A stretch of 64,000 nt of DNA from Chloroflexota bacterium (lineage in GTDB: Bacteria; Chloroflexota; UBA11872; VXOZ01): NCBI GenBank assembly GCA_965221905.1, contig OZ244922.1, positions 1,568,001 through 1,632,000 of the forward strand, read 5' to 3'. Below, piece by piece: positions 42,468 through 52,346 of this stretch. Within the stretch, counting starts at the first letter, position 1, and every line of letters starts with the position of its first letter. Made by a program: the position numbers and the translations under genes. The notes beneath the pieces were generated by a model. The model ran no database searches. It had not been told where the DNA came from and saw only the letters and a list, made by a program, of their open reading frames with translations.

Positions 42468-43799
42468 ATGCGCAGAGTGTTATTAGGCATAGTTATTCTG
42501 GCTGCCGCACTCCTTATGGTTGAAGGGGCTCTTGCACAAGAGCGCATGGGCACGGTAGATACCGTTCGCATAACCGGTGCCATTGATCCAGCCTCCGAGA
42601 GGCTCTTCGCGCGCGCACTCGACCGCGCCATTGCCGACCAAGCGGAAGTACTTATCGTTCTCCTCGACACTCCCGGCGGTCTTGACTCCTCTATGCGGGC
42701 CATGGTGCAGGGAATGCTGATGTCTCCTGTGCCGATTGTAGTCTACGTCTACCCCCAGGGGGGCCGCGCGGCCAGCGCAGGTGTTTTCTTGGCCATGGCG
42801 GCGCACGTGGCGGTGATGGCGCCGGGCACCGATATCGGCGCTGCGCATCCGGTTGCTGCCGGCGGCGGGCAGATCACTGGAGTCATGAACGATAAGGTGA
42901 CTAATGAAGCAGTGGCCTACATCCGCAGTCTGGCGGAACTGCGGCAACGGAACGCCGAATGGGCAGAGCAGGCGGTTCGTTCCAGTCAGACTATGACGGC
43001 GCAGGAGGCGGTGGAGGCCGATGTGGTGGACTTCATTGCGCGTGATGTTCCGGACCTTCTTGCACAGCTCCAAGGATATCAGGTGCAAACGCCCACGTGG
43101 TCACGTACGCTCGTCGTTGAGGGTGCGCCGTTGCGCGAATTGGAACAAAACTTCGCGGAACAGGCACTTAAGTTCATTTTCAACCCCAATACCGCCTATT
43201 TGCTCTTCTTAATTGGTCTCTATGCCGTAATTGCAGAGCTGTATAACCCAGGTGCGGTACTACCGGCGGTAGTAGGTGCTATAGCAATCGTGCTGGCGCT
43301 GGTGGCGTTCGGGATGCTGCCCATAAACTGGGGCGGCGTGGTGCTGCTTGTGGTGGCTGCAGCATTGATTGCATTCGAGGCGCAGAATCCCGGTCTCGGC
43401 GTGCTTGGATTCGGCGGCGTGGCGGCGCTAGTGCTGGGCACGTTGCTGCTCTACCAGCCGCTCACCGCTCCATTTGGCGGCCCGTTCTTTGTATCGCCCT
43501 GGGTGCTTGGCTTCATGGTAGTGCTCACAGTAGCTTTTCTCCTCCTATTGCTGCGAATTGCTGCGCAGTCGCAAAACCAGCCTCAGCAGTTTCGTGGTCA
43601 GCGGCGCATTGTCGGACAAGAAGGTGTGGCGGTGACGGCACTGGACCCCGAAGGCGTCGTGCGGGTAGGCGGTGAGGAATGGTCGGCCCGCACCATGGGC
43701 ACGGCGGTCGCGGAAGGCGAACAGGTTTGGGTCTATGATGTAGAGGGTCTTGCCCTAGTGGTAGGCCCGGCGCCGGAGATACCGGCACTGTCAACCTAA
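42468..43799 (+). CDS. nfeD: NfeD (long form: serine protease domain, TMs, OB fold)
   Basis: LDTPGG, AASAG, IGAAHPV, catalytic Lys (DKVTN), C-terminal L.PEG.V..GE.WSA. Confidence 0.93.
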   Translation: MRRVLLGIVILAAALLMVEGALAQERMGTVDTVRITGAIDPASERLFARALDRAIADQAEVLIVLLDTPGGLDSSMRAMVQGMLMSPVPIVVYVYPQGGRAASAGVFLAMAAHVAVMAPGTDIGAAHPVAAGGGQITGVMNDKVTNEAVAYIRSLAELRQRNAEWAEQAVRSSQTMTAQEAVEADVVDFIARDVPDLLAQLQGYQVQTPTWSRTLVVEGAPLRELEQNFAEQALKFIFNPNTAYLLFLIGLYAVIAELYNPGAVLPAVVGAIAIVLALVAFGMLPINWGGVVLLVVAAALIAFEAQNPGLGVLGFGGVAALVLGTLLLYQPLTAPFGGPFFVSPWVLGFMVVLTVAFLLLLLRIAAQSQNQPQQFRGQRRIVGQEGVAVTALDPEGVVRVGGEEWSARTMGTAVAEGEQVWVYDVEGLALVVGPAPEIPALST

Positions 43800-43894
43800 T
43801 CGCGACCGGTATCGTTTGGGGTAAGGAGGTGGATCGGCAAGGTAGGTCGGCTTACGACAGCGTGTAGTGTGCACAAAGGAGAGGGTCACGCGCT

Positions 43895-44824
43895 ATGGAC
43901 GGTCAATTTATCGTCTTAATAGTTATCTCTGTTGTTCTGTTTCTCTGGCTAGCGTACTCCGCGATCAAGATTGTGGCGGAATATGAACGGTTGGTTGTCT
44001 TCCGGCTGGGACGCGTAATGTCCGATCCGCGGGGGCCGGGGTTTATCTGGCTCTGGCCGATTATCGACCGGCCGGTCCGCGTGGACTTTCGCGAGCAATT
44101 TCTCGAAATTCCACAGCAAAACTGCATTACCAAAGACAATGCCCCGATCCTCATTGACTTTCTCATCTATTGGAAGGTCACCGAAGCGACCGACAGCGTT
44201 GTCCAGGTGGCGAACTTCGCGGGGGCCTCGCAAGGTATTGCCACCACTACGCTCCGCGCCGTAATCGGTGACATTTCCTTAGACGACGTGCTCGCAAAGC
44301 GCGAGCAGATAAACACCGTCTTGCGTACGAAGCTCGATGATGTTACCTCGCGCTGGGGGGTAAAGGTCACTACGGTAGAGATTCGAGAGATTGTGCCACC
44401 ACGCGAGGTGCAAGACGCGATGAACCGTCAGATGTCTGCCGAGCGTAACCGGCGTGCAATGGTCACCGAGGCCGGCGGCCAGAAGCAGTCGGCAATCCTG
44501 GTGGCTGAGGGCGCCAAACAGTCTGAAATCCTAAAGGCGGAAGGCGACCGTCAGGCAGTGATCTTGCGTGCCGAGGCGGAGAAACAGGCGCAATCGCTCC
44601 GCGCAGAGGGTTACGCCACTGCCATAGACCATGTATTCCAGATTGTGCAGACAGTGGATTCGAATACGATGCTCATTCAGTACCTGCAAACGCTGCAGAA
44701 TATGGCCGAAAGTCCCTCCACCAAGTGGATCTTCCCCATGGAATTGGCGACACTGGCAGGAGGCCTGAGCGGTATCGTTGATTCGGCACCCAACCAGCGG
44801 CGGTCCAACGGCAGCGACTCCTAG
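43895..44824 (+). CDS. SPFH/stomatin (band 7) protein
   Basis: EYERLVVFRLGR, ITKDN, TTLRAVIG, WGVKV..VEI, QMSAER. Confidence 0.95.
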   Translation: MDGQFIVLIVISVVLFLWLAYSAIKIVAEYERLVVFRLGRVMSDPRGPGFIWLWPIIDRPVRVDFREQFLEIPQQNCITKDNAPILIDFLIYWKVTEATDSVVQVANFAGASQGIATTTLRAVIGDISLDDVLAKREQINTVLRTKLDDVTSRWGVKVTTVEIREIVPPREVQDAMNRQMSAERNRRAMVTEAGGQKQSAILVAEGAKQSEILKAEGDRQAVILRAEAEKQAQSLRAEGYATAIDHVFQIVQTVDSNTMLIQYLQTLQNMAESPSTKWIFPMELATLAGGLSGIVDSAPNQRRSNGSDS

Positions 44825-45102
44825 CAAGGACGTGTCGTGCTTTGGAGCCGGTAAGTCGCTGTGGGAGATGATGGTGGCCGACATTTTTTGTCAACCGGAG
44901 ACGTTCGCGGGAGGGCAATGTCACTTCCCCTCATTGAAGCGCTGTGGGCTGAAAATAGTGAAGCGACACTGATCTTCACTAAACAATTGGGGTTCTGTAT
45001 GGCCGGCGGCGTGCTCTCTAGGATGCGCGTGTTTAGGGCTACGGCTGAACAGCCGGCGGGTGTTCGTGGATGTCCATACACGTACAAGCGCCATGGTTTT
45101 CC

Positions 45103-46455
45103 CTAGACAACATGCTGTGTGCCGAAGCCCAGGCCCGGAGCTGTAATCTGTGCGGTGGAGATAGTGCCGTTCTCTACGCCAAAGAGGTCAGGATAAGCCT
45201 GTCGCGCGTCGCGCGATGCCTGGGGGTAATATTGACGGGAGTTGTACTCCACGCCGGCGAGGGTGTAGCTACGGGCGGCTAGTCCGGCTGATTGAATGAA
45301 GGCGATGCCGGGGTTCGCCAAGTCTTGTACCGAATAGGGGAGGTGATGGTCTGTAGCTTGGGCGATGAGAAGGAGGCAATGAGATTGTCCCTTGCCGGTC
45401 TTCAACGCAACACCACTCCAGCCACTGTCCCGTATCTGCGGAAATTCATCCGGACCCGAAATCCCTTCGTCAACCACGACCGGCTTGAGTCGGCTCAGTC
45501 TTTCCAAAACGGCACGCTCCGGGATGGCCTCGCGGGAGATGGGCTGCTCGACATAGAGCAGAGTCTGGTATGCTGCCGGATCACGCTCTTCGAGGTGCTT
45601 AAGATAGTCTTCAAGGTACATTAAGTCTGTGCATTGCTCGTTGAAATCCGCGGTAAGCATGAGCCCCGTTTGCCTGCGTTTTGCCAGGACTTCGCGTGCG
45701 AGTTTAGCCACGTCGAGCGTACGCTCTAAGTCCCAAGTTAGATCTCGTCCGCTTAACTTTAGCTTGAAGCAGTAGATGCCATCTTTGGCAATCCAGTCTT
45801 CAAGGGCTATCGGCAGGCCATCAGCGGGGTCACTACTGGAGATCTCTTGACGAGAGAGCTTGTCAAGGCCTCCGACCAGGTGAAATATCGGCAGTTTCTT
45901 GGTGTATTGAGGTCGAAGGTAGTCCGCGGGGTACTTGCCTACGAATTCTTGGCCGAGCCATGGAGAAAGGTCGGTAGTCATCGCCTCAGCACCATAGAGC
46001 GTGTAGGTGTCCTGTTCATATAGGTTCCCATAGGCATCGTGTAAGGCCGCGTCCAGTGGCGAGGCAGCAACGACTGCGGCAAGCTTCGGTAGCGTAAAGG
46101 GGAGAGATGCATTCCGGCTGGCTGTCCCCGTAATCTCTGTAAGCGCTGTTTGCACGGCCATACCCAGCTCAAGCGGATGTCCCCACCGAGACTGACGTTC
46201 CAGCCAGGATGCAACGTGCTGGGCAACGGCACGCATGGCAGCGTCTTTAGCCTCGTGAGACACTGCCGGATCAGGAAACGCCCAAAGGTCTGCTAGGAAG
46301 ATACCGCCACGTCCAGTCGCCGTGTGCCCCTCCGGCGATACCACTTCTACCTCCGCGAGACAAAAGGTGACTTCAGACATCTCTACGGCGCCGTATTTGA
46401 TCGGTGTCCGCGCTGTATAGGTCTGGAAGGAAACTGCCGCTCGCTCTACCCGCAT
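45103..46455 (-). CDS. Enolase-superfamily (mandelate racemase-like) enzyme
   Basis: D.ALHDAYG, FKLKL, DFNE, YVEQP, VDE, ALKTGKG; start may extend to TTG 46512. Confidence 0.8.
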   Translation of the reverse strand: MRVERAAVSFQTYTARTPIKYGAVEMSEVTFCLAEVEVVSPEGHTATGRGGIFLADLWAFPDPAVSHEAKDAAMRAVAQHVASWLERQSRWGHPLELGMAVQTALTEITGTASRNASLPFTLPKLAAVVAASPLDAALHDAYGNLYEQDTYTLYGAEAMTTDLSPWLGQEFVGKYPADYLRPQYTKKLPIFHLVGGLDKLSRQEISSSDPADGLPIALEDWIAKDGIYCFKLKLSGRDLTWDLERTLDVAKLAREVLAKRRQTGLMLTADFNEQCTDLMYLEDYLKHLEERDPAAYQTLLYVEQPISREAIPERAVLERLSRLKPVVVDEGISGPDEFPQIRDSGWSGVALKTGKGQSHCLLLIAQATDHHLPYSVQDLANPGIAFIQSAGLAARSYTLAGVEYNSRQYYPQASRDARQAYPDLFGVENGTISTAQITAPGLGFGTQHVV

Positions 46456-46605
46456 CAATAGCTTGGTTCCTATGGTATTGATTGGTTGAATCGGATTTTT
46501 ACCTTTCACCAAGTGCGACTCTGACAGCGATCAACGTATTGTCTCTAGCCTCTCGATCTTGGAGACCGACAGGACAGCGCCTCGCGCACGGTAGTCCAAT
46601 GTACG

Positions 46606-47622
46606 CTAGGTACTCCGGGCAATGCCTTCTAGGGTGAGGAGCGGGGTTACCGGTCTACCGCTAAAAAAGTTGAGGAGTTGCGTGGCGACATTCTCAGCCA
46701 CTTCGTTGTACCACGTGTCAGAGACGTTACTGGAACCGTGGGTAAAGAGAACGTTCGGCAAGGTTTGAAATACCGGATCGAGCCACAGGTCTGTGCGCAA
46801 GGGAATGAGATTCAGGGCGGCATAGAGTCTTTGTGCCTTGACAAGTTCACAGAGTGCGTCCTCATCTACAATGGGCATGCGCGAGTTCACGATGAGCAGC
46901 CCACGCGGCCCCAGTAGTTCCAACATGCTCCGCGTGACGAGACCCGTCGTTTCCTGCGTCCACCCACAATGCACCGTGAGTATGTCACTCTGCTCCGCTA
47001 GCTCTTCAATGCTGTCCAGCATCGTCACGTTGAGCCGCCGGGCGAGCGTGAGGTCAATGTACGGATCGTAGCCGAGTAGCCGCACGTTGAAGACGGCAAG
47101 CATCTGCGCGAGAAATGAGCCAATGGGGCCGAGGCCGATAATCCCGATCGTCTTTCCATCCATGCCAATACCGACTGTCTGAATGCGATCGAATTCGCGG
47201 TCCTGTAGATATACAAATTTCTCGTGTGAATACCGCATGTGGTATCCCAGCGCCAGCATCATCCCGATGGTGGCCTCGCTCATACAGCGGGCATAGGCAT
47301 GAGCAGAGTTGGTGAGCAGGATACCCTTTTTGAGAATAGCTTCATGGGGAATGACCTGCTTGACGCCACCTTGTGCATGCACGACCAACTTCAGCTTCTG
47401 TGCACGCTCGATACTGTCGTCCGAAATCTCTGGAGTACCCCAGCCGGTGACCAGCGCGTCAGCGTCCAGGATCAGCGCCTCTACTTCCGCCTTAGTCGGC
47501 TTCTCCGACTCTTGCAGCACGATGTCAAAGCGATCGCCGACTAGCTGGTAGAAGATGTCGTTGATGTTCTCGTGGCGCGTGCGCGGACTAATGACTACCG
47601 CTACGCGAGGTTTCGTGGTCAT
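46606..47622 (-). CDS. D-isomer-specific 2-hydroxyacid dehydrogenase family protein
   Basis: TGWG, GIIGLGPIG Rossmann motif, YDPY, SDILTVH, VDEDAL, LPNV. Confidence 0.88.
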   Translation of the reverse strand: MTTKPRVAVVISPRTRHENINDIFYQLVGDRFDIVLQESEKPTKAEVEALILDADALVTGWGTPEISDDSIERAQKLKLVVHAQGGVKQVIPHEAILKKGILLTNSAHAYARCMSEATIGMMLALGYHMRYSHEKFVYLQDREFDRIQTVGIGMDGKTIGIIGLGPIGSFLAQMLAVFNVRLLGYDPYIDLTLARRLNVTMLDSIEELAEQSDILTVHCGWTQETTGLVTRSMLELLGPRGLLIVNSRMPIVDEDALCELVKAQRLYAALNLIPLRTDLWLDPVFQTLPNVLFTHGSSNVSDTWYNEVAENVATQLLNFFSGRPVTPLLTLEGIARST

Positions 47623-47799
47623 AAGGCAGCTCCCGAAACGTGTTGCATGGATTCAAGAAGGCCCGACATATACCGCGCAGAGTGAAAGCAAAACGGCTAT
47701 CTATGCACAAGCGTATTACGTGCGATTCAAACTGCGCCGCCGATCACTGGTGCGGGCTTCTGGGTCAAGCATGGAACAGGGCCGCTGCGCAATTTCCCA

Positions 47800-47842
47800 A
47801 TCCCGTGGTAAGGGGGCATGCCATGCCCCCTTACCACGGGAT
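47800..47842. repeat. Near-perfect 43-bp palindrome (REP-like or terminator)
   Basis: ATCCCGTGGTAAGGGGGCATG-C-CATGCCCCCTTACCACGGGAT. Confidence 0.7.
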
Positions 47843-47943
47843 CATCGGTTCCGCCCGCGTAGCGTGCCGTGGGGCGCAGCCCACACGCGCGCCGACGGGT
47901 TCGCTACGTCCTCATACCTGAACGCAGCCCAAGGAACTGCACC

Positions 47944-49353
47944 CTATGCGCCAAGCTCCTGCCGCCGCTTGGTCACAATCTGATCTATTTCGGCATCTGT
48001 CGTTTTGAGACCCTCTTGGATTGTAACTGCGCCCGTCATCATATCCGGCAGGTGCTTGATGAGCAGACGAAATGCCTCATATCCCGCCGGGATAGCTTCG
48101 CCAAACGGCACTCGATACGGGATTTGACTGGATTGATGGAGCAAATGGGGATCATTCTTCGTGAAGGCTTCCGACTCCGCCACCGACTTGAGGACCGGTA
48201 CGCGGTCAAAGCGCTGGCAGAATGCCAACACGTTTTCCGGCCGGGTGATGAACTCAAGCAGAGTCCAGGCAGCATCCGGCGCCTCTGAATCTGCAGCCAC
48301 AAAGTGGACGTGGTCGCCGCTCAGGCTTGCCGAATTCACGGCATTCGGCGGTTTCGGATGCTCGGTTACCGTGAATTTAAGTTCGGGCGCTTCATCGAGC
48401 AAGCTCTGTGAACGCTCGGAATATGTCATATAGATATTGGCGAGCTTGCCTTCAGCAAAGGCAACCGTGCGCGTGGTGCCAGAGGGGCGGACCAATTTCT
48501 GAAAGTCGCGGATTGTCTGCCAGCCACCCTGCATTTCGTAGATCTTCTTGACCCACTCATGCGCCATGATGCCCAGTTCATTATTGAGCGTAGACTTGGT
48601 CCGCTCGGCATTGAATGTCTCACCGCCCATCTGATAATACGGCACCAGCCAGTCCCAGTGGCCGCCACTGCCAAAGGCCGGCGGGTAGCCTGCTACTTGG
48701 AGCGAGCCGTCAGCAGCCTGTTTGGTCGTCTTCGCGATGACCTCCTCAAGCTCTGCCCAGTCTTGCGGACCGTTCGTATAGTCGAACCCGGCGGCGGTGT
48801 ACAGCGGTTCATGCAAGTACATGGTACGCATGTCAGGCGCATACGGCAGTCCGAACACGCGGCCGTCAACCCATGTCATGGTCGCCATGAAACTCTGGTA
48901 GAGATCGTCTGGGTCTATGGACGAGGTCCTGATAGAGTCGTTGAGCGCGCTTACGAGATTTGCCAACCCGAGGTCTACCATCTCAAAGTCATCTAAAGAC
49001 GTGATGTCGATGGGTTGACCGGCAGCCACCGAGGTGAGAAAGGCTTCGCGGCGGTTGCTGGTATGCGGCTCGAGGTTTAGCTCGATATCCGGGAATTCTT
49101 CCCGGAACGCCGCGATAATTAGTCCGGGCGGCTCATTGTCTTCATGCCACCTAAAGAACGAATGGGCAAGAAAGTGCACCGCGCCAGAGACCTTGGCCTC
49201 TGGCATAGCCTCTGCTTCTTTGGCCTTGGGCTCTTCTGCTGGTTTTTCTGCAGGAGCCGGAGCGGCGGTAGGAGCACCGCAGGCTGCGACAAGTACGGGG
49301 ACACCGACGCCGGCAACTACCAGCATTGACCGGCGTGTTACGCGCGTAGCCAT
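47944..49353 (-). CDS. Extracellular solute-binding lipoprotein, Tat signal; paralog of 37517..38908
   Basis: TRRSML, AACG, shared PDMRTMY / GSGGH / FCQRFDRVP motifs. Confidence 0.9.
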   Translation of the reverse strand: MATRVTRRSMLVVAGVGVPVLVAACGAPTAAPAPAEKPAEEPKAKEAEAMPEAKVSGAVHFLAHSFFRWHEDNEPPGLIIAAFREEFPDIELNLEPHTSNRREAFLTSVAAGQPIDITSLDDFEMVDLGLANLVSALNDSIRTSSIDPDDLYQSFMATMTWVDGRVFGLPYAPDMRTMYLHEPLYTAAGFDYTNGPQDWAELEEVIAKTTKQAADGSLQVAGYPPAFGSGGHWDWLVPYYQMGGETFNAERTKSTLNNELGIMAHEWVKKIYEMQGGWQTIRDFQKLVRPSGTTRTVAFAEGKLANIYMTYSERSQSLLDEAPELKFTVTEHPKPPNAVNSASLSGDHVHFVAADSEAPDAAWTLLEFITRPENVLAFCQRFDRVPVLKSVAESEAFTKNDPHLLHQSSQIPYRVPFGEAIPAGYEAFRLLIKHLPDMMTGAVTIQEGLKTTDAEIDQIVTKRRQELGA

Positions 49354-49481
49354 GAATCGTGTCTCCTGTCATCAGCGTATACCGGTCGAACGTAGCACCG
49401 TGGGCAAACCTATATAGCGACCGGTTACACTATACTGTTTAGTATTGTTCCAGAGTATAGGCCTATTAGAGCACTATGTCA

Positions 49482-49513
49482 ACATTAAGTACATCTAATG
49501 TACCAATTAATGT
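49482..49513. promoter_or_regulatory. AT-rich imperfect palindrome, candidate ROK operator
   Basis: ACATTAA-GTACAT-cta-ATGTAC-caa-TTAATGT between the divergent SBP and ROK genes. Confidence 0.4.
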
Positions 49514-49626
49514 GGGAAATTACTCCAGTATTTGAGTTTGCGGGCTAGTACTTGACCTAAGTCTTGTGCCGCTATAGCATGATGCAGCGGTATGGTGAGA
49601 GGAGAAACGGTGTCTCTCGATGAGGA

Positions 49627-50844
49627 TTGGTGGTGCAGCCGGTGTCGCTACAGGCAGAAAATATGTTACGGCTCTCCAGCCGGGCACGGGTGATTCGACA
49701 TATCCTGCGGTTCGGTCCAGCAACTCGTGCTGAGCTAGCGCGCGCTCTCGAATTAAGTAAGGCTACTTTGACGAAGGTAGTAAACGTGCTTCTCAAAGAG
49801 GATGTGTTGACCGATGGCGCATTGGACACGGTGGCACGCTCACGGCGTCGAAAGCTGCAGGTCAACGGTTGTCTTGGTACCGCAATTGGTGTCGAGCTGA
49901 CTGCTGACTGCGCTATGTTGACAGCAACTGATCTCACCGGACGGATCCTCCTCTTTCGTGAAATCGTGCATCCTTCGGCTGACATCAGCTCCGATGTGCT
50001 CATTGCACACCTCACACGCCAACTGCAGGAATTGATGTGTGCGCTACCGGCGCGCGCAGGACCGGTGACTGGTGTCGGCGTGGCGCTGGCCGGTCTGGTT
50101 GATGAGGAACGTGGAATCTCTATCCGTCTTTTAGGACTGCGCCACGTTGACATGGTGCCCTTAGCGGACCGCCTTGCCGCATCACTACAATTGCCCGTGC
50201 ACGTTGCCTGGCGGGCCCACGCGGCGGGGTTAGGGGAACTGGCATATGGTGTGGGCCGCACCCGCGATGATTTCCTTGCAGTCCATGTCGATGACGGTAT
50301 CACCGTTGGTACTGTATTCGGTGGGAGATTGCTCCTCGGTGAATCACGGCTGGCCGGTGCCTTAGGCCACATGGCAGTGGCGGAAAATAGGCGGCTTTGC
50401 GTCTGTGGAAACTATGGGTGTGTGCAGACGGTAGCCTCGATACCGGCAATTCTCCAACAGGTACGTGAGTCGTTGAAACACGATGTGGTGTCATCGCTGA
50501 GCTCTCTTCAAGCAAAACAGGGACTCACGTTTATGGATGTTGTGCAGGCTGCACAGAGGGGTGATCGCCTTGCGCTTACGATCCTTGAAGAGGCGGGAGA
50601 CTATCTGGCACAGGCGCTTGCAAATCTCATCTATACACTCAACCCAGGTACGGTTGTTTTTGGGGGCAGTATTACGGACGCAGGCGAGTTGCTTCTTGAG
50701 CCCATACGCCGGGGATTACGCAGGCGTCTGCTCAAGGGACTCTATGATGTGCTTGAAATCAAAATGACCGACTTGCCGGTGTGTCCTGCCGTAATGGGGG
50801 CAGCATGGCTCTGCGTCCAGTCCTATCTAGGATTGCTAGAATGA
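49627..50844 (+). CDS. ROK-family transcriptional regulator
   Basis: N-terminal HTH (TRAELARALELSKAT), GVGVA.AGLVD, GALGH..C.CGNYGC zinc motif. Confidence 0.93.
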   Translation: MVVQPVSLQAENMLRLSSRARVIRHILRFGPATRAELARALELSKATLTKVVNVLLKEDVLTDGALDTVARSRRRKLQVNGCLGTAIGVELTADCAMLTATDLTGRILLFREIVHPSADISSDVLIAHLTRQLQELMCALPARAGPVTGVGVALAGLVDEERGISIRLLGLRHVDMVPLADRLAASLQLPVHVAWRAHAAGLGELAYGVGRTRDDFLAVHVDDGITVGTVFGGRLLLGESRLAGALGHMAVAENRRLCVCGNYGCVQTVASIPAILQQVRESLKHDVVSSLSSLQAKQGLTFMDVVQAAQRGDRLALTILEEAGDYLAQALANLIYTLNPGTVVFGGSITDAGELLLEPIRRGLRRRLLKGLYDVLEIKMTDLPVCPAVMGAAWLCVQSYLGLLE

Positions 50845-50984
50845 TGTGCCAAAATCCGCCCGGTTTAGTCCCACCCACCTTCTCACTGTTGTAGCCTTAT
50901 CCGCGAGGGGGCCTCGGCGCGAATCCCCTCCCTACGTTGGTGAACTCTCAGCAGTGACCGTATACGTGTACGCTGCCGGCGGTG

Positions 50985-52178
50985 CTACACGCCGCTTTCG
51001 TCTGTGACCACGCGCGCGGCGGCGAGAGCATAGACCTTCGTAGCAGTTACCATCTCTGCGATGCTGATGCGCTCGTCGGGCACAACGCGCCAATCGCTTG
51101 GGCCATAGACGATGGTTGGGATACCGAACCGCACGATGTCAGCGGAATCGGTGACATAGCTGCTTACAGGTAGTCCGGCGGAAGTAGCAGGCTCTTTCCC
51201 TGTAACAGCGCGGTGCGCCTGGGCCGTAAGCCCAACGACCGGCGCATCGGGGTCGATCCGGAATGGGCGCTGGTATACTAACGTGCGAACATCGGCACGG
51301 AAATCGGGATCGTCGTCTGCGATGCTCGCGATTACTTTCTTGAAGTCTGCAGTGAGAGTCTCGGCGGTCATGCCGGGTATGATGCGCACGTCGCCCCGCG
51401 CGACGCATCGTTCGGCAGTGCGCGAGGGCGCGGTACCACCGGCAATCTCGCCGACCACAAGGCGCGGCAGTCCTTCAATGGCGTGGGCGGGATCGAACGT
51501 CAGTTCGCGTTCGTCCAGGGCGGCGAGCAACTTTAGCATCTTGCCGGTCGCATCCGCACCCCCTTCGCGTCGGCTAATGTGCTCGGCAACACCGTGGGTT
51601 GTTAATTCGAATTGCCACGCTCCGCCGTGGGCAAGCTGGAGGCGCAGCCCGGTCGGCTCACCGTTGATTGCCATGGCGAAAGGCCTATCGTTAGACGCAA
51701 GAAAGAACTTCGTGCCTAGTCCGCAAACGTCATGATGCACTACGGCGGACACGACCACGTCGCCTGACGGCCGTATGTCGGCGCGCGCAATGGCCTCGGC
51801 CGCCTTGACCAGGCAGGCAACCGCGCCCTTCATATCGGTTAGCCCGAAACCATAGAGATAGCCGTCTTCTACGCAGGCGTCATAGGGATCGCGCGACCAC
51901 TTACCCGAGGGCGCGCCGGTGTCGAGGTGGCCGTTGAGCAGGATGTTGGGGCCGCCGCCGCTGCCGCGCACGACCCCGATGACGTTGGGCCGGCCCGCCA
52001 CGACATCTTGCAGGTTCACTTCATCGAATGCGCCTGACTTGCGCATTTCAGCGGCGAGATAGTTGGCTACTGTGCCTTCATTTGGGATCTGGCTCGGAAT
52101 GCGCGCTAGACCGCCGGCAAGTGCTACGAGATCATCCGTGTCGATGTGGGCGAAGAGATCGTCTGGGCGAAAATCCAT
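50985..52178 (-). CDS. M20/ArgE-DapE family metallohydrolase with atypical active site
   Basis: GRPNV, LNGHLDT, G.TDMKG, GEPT, TD....GIP..YGP...DE; EE motif replaced by HHD. Confidence 0.85.
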   Translation of the reverse strand: MDFRPDDLFAHIDTDDLVALAGGLARIPSQIPNEGTVANYLAAEMRKSGAFDEVNLQDVVAGRPNVIGVVRGSGGGPNILLNGHLDTGAPSGKWSRDPYDACVEDGYLYGFGLTDMKGAVACLVKAAEAIARADIRPSGDVVVSAVVHHDVCGLGTKFFLASNDRPFAMAINGEPTGLRLQLAHGGAWQFELTTHGVAEHISRREGGADATGKMLKLLAALDERELTFDPAHAIEGLPRLVVGEIAGGTAPSRTAERCVARGDVRIIPGMTAETLTADFKKVIASIADDDPDFRADVRTLVYQRPFRIDPDAPVVGLTAQAHRAVTGKEPATSAGLPVSSYVTDSADIVRFGIPTIVYGPSDWRVVPDERISIAEMVTATKVYALAAARVVTDESGV

Positions 52179-52346
52179 GGTTCCTCCACGTGCCTGGGCG
52201 GGGCACTCTTATTGGACTCTGACTTGAAGGAAAGTATACTGTAGAGCAATTCTCCTGTCCTGCAAGCAGACTCATGAGTGAGTCATTGTTTCCATCTCCA
52301 TTCCAAGTAACTGTGTATAATGGGCGCGGACGAGAAAGGAATTCAG

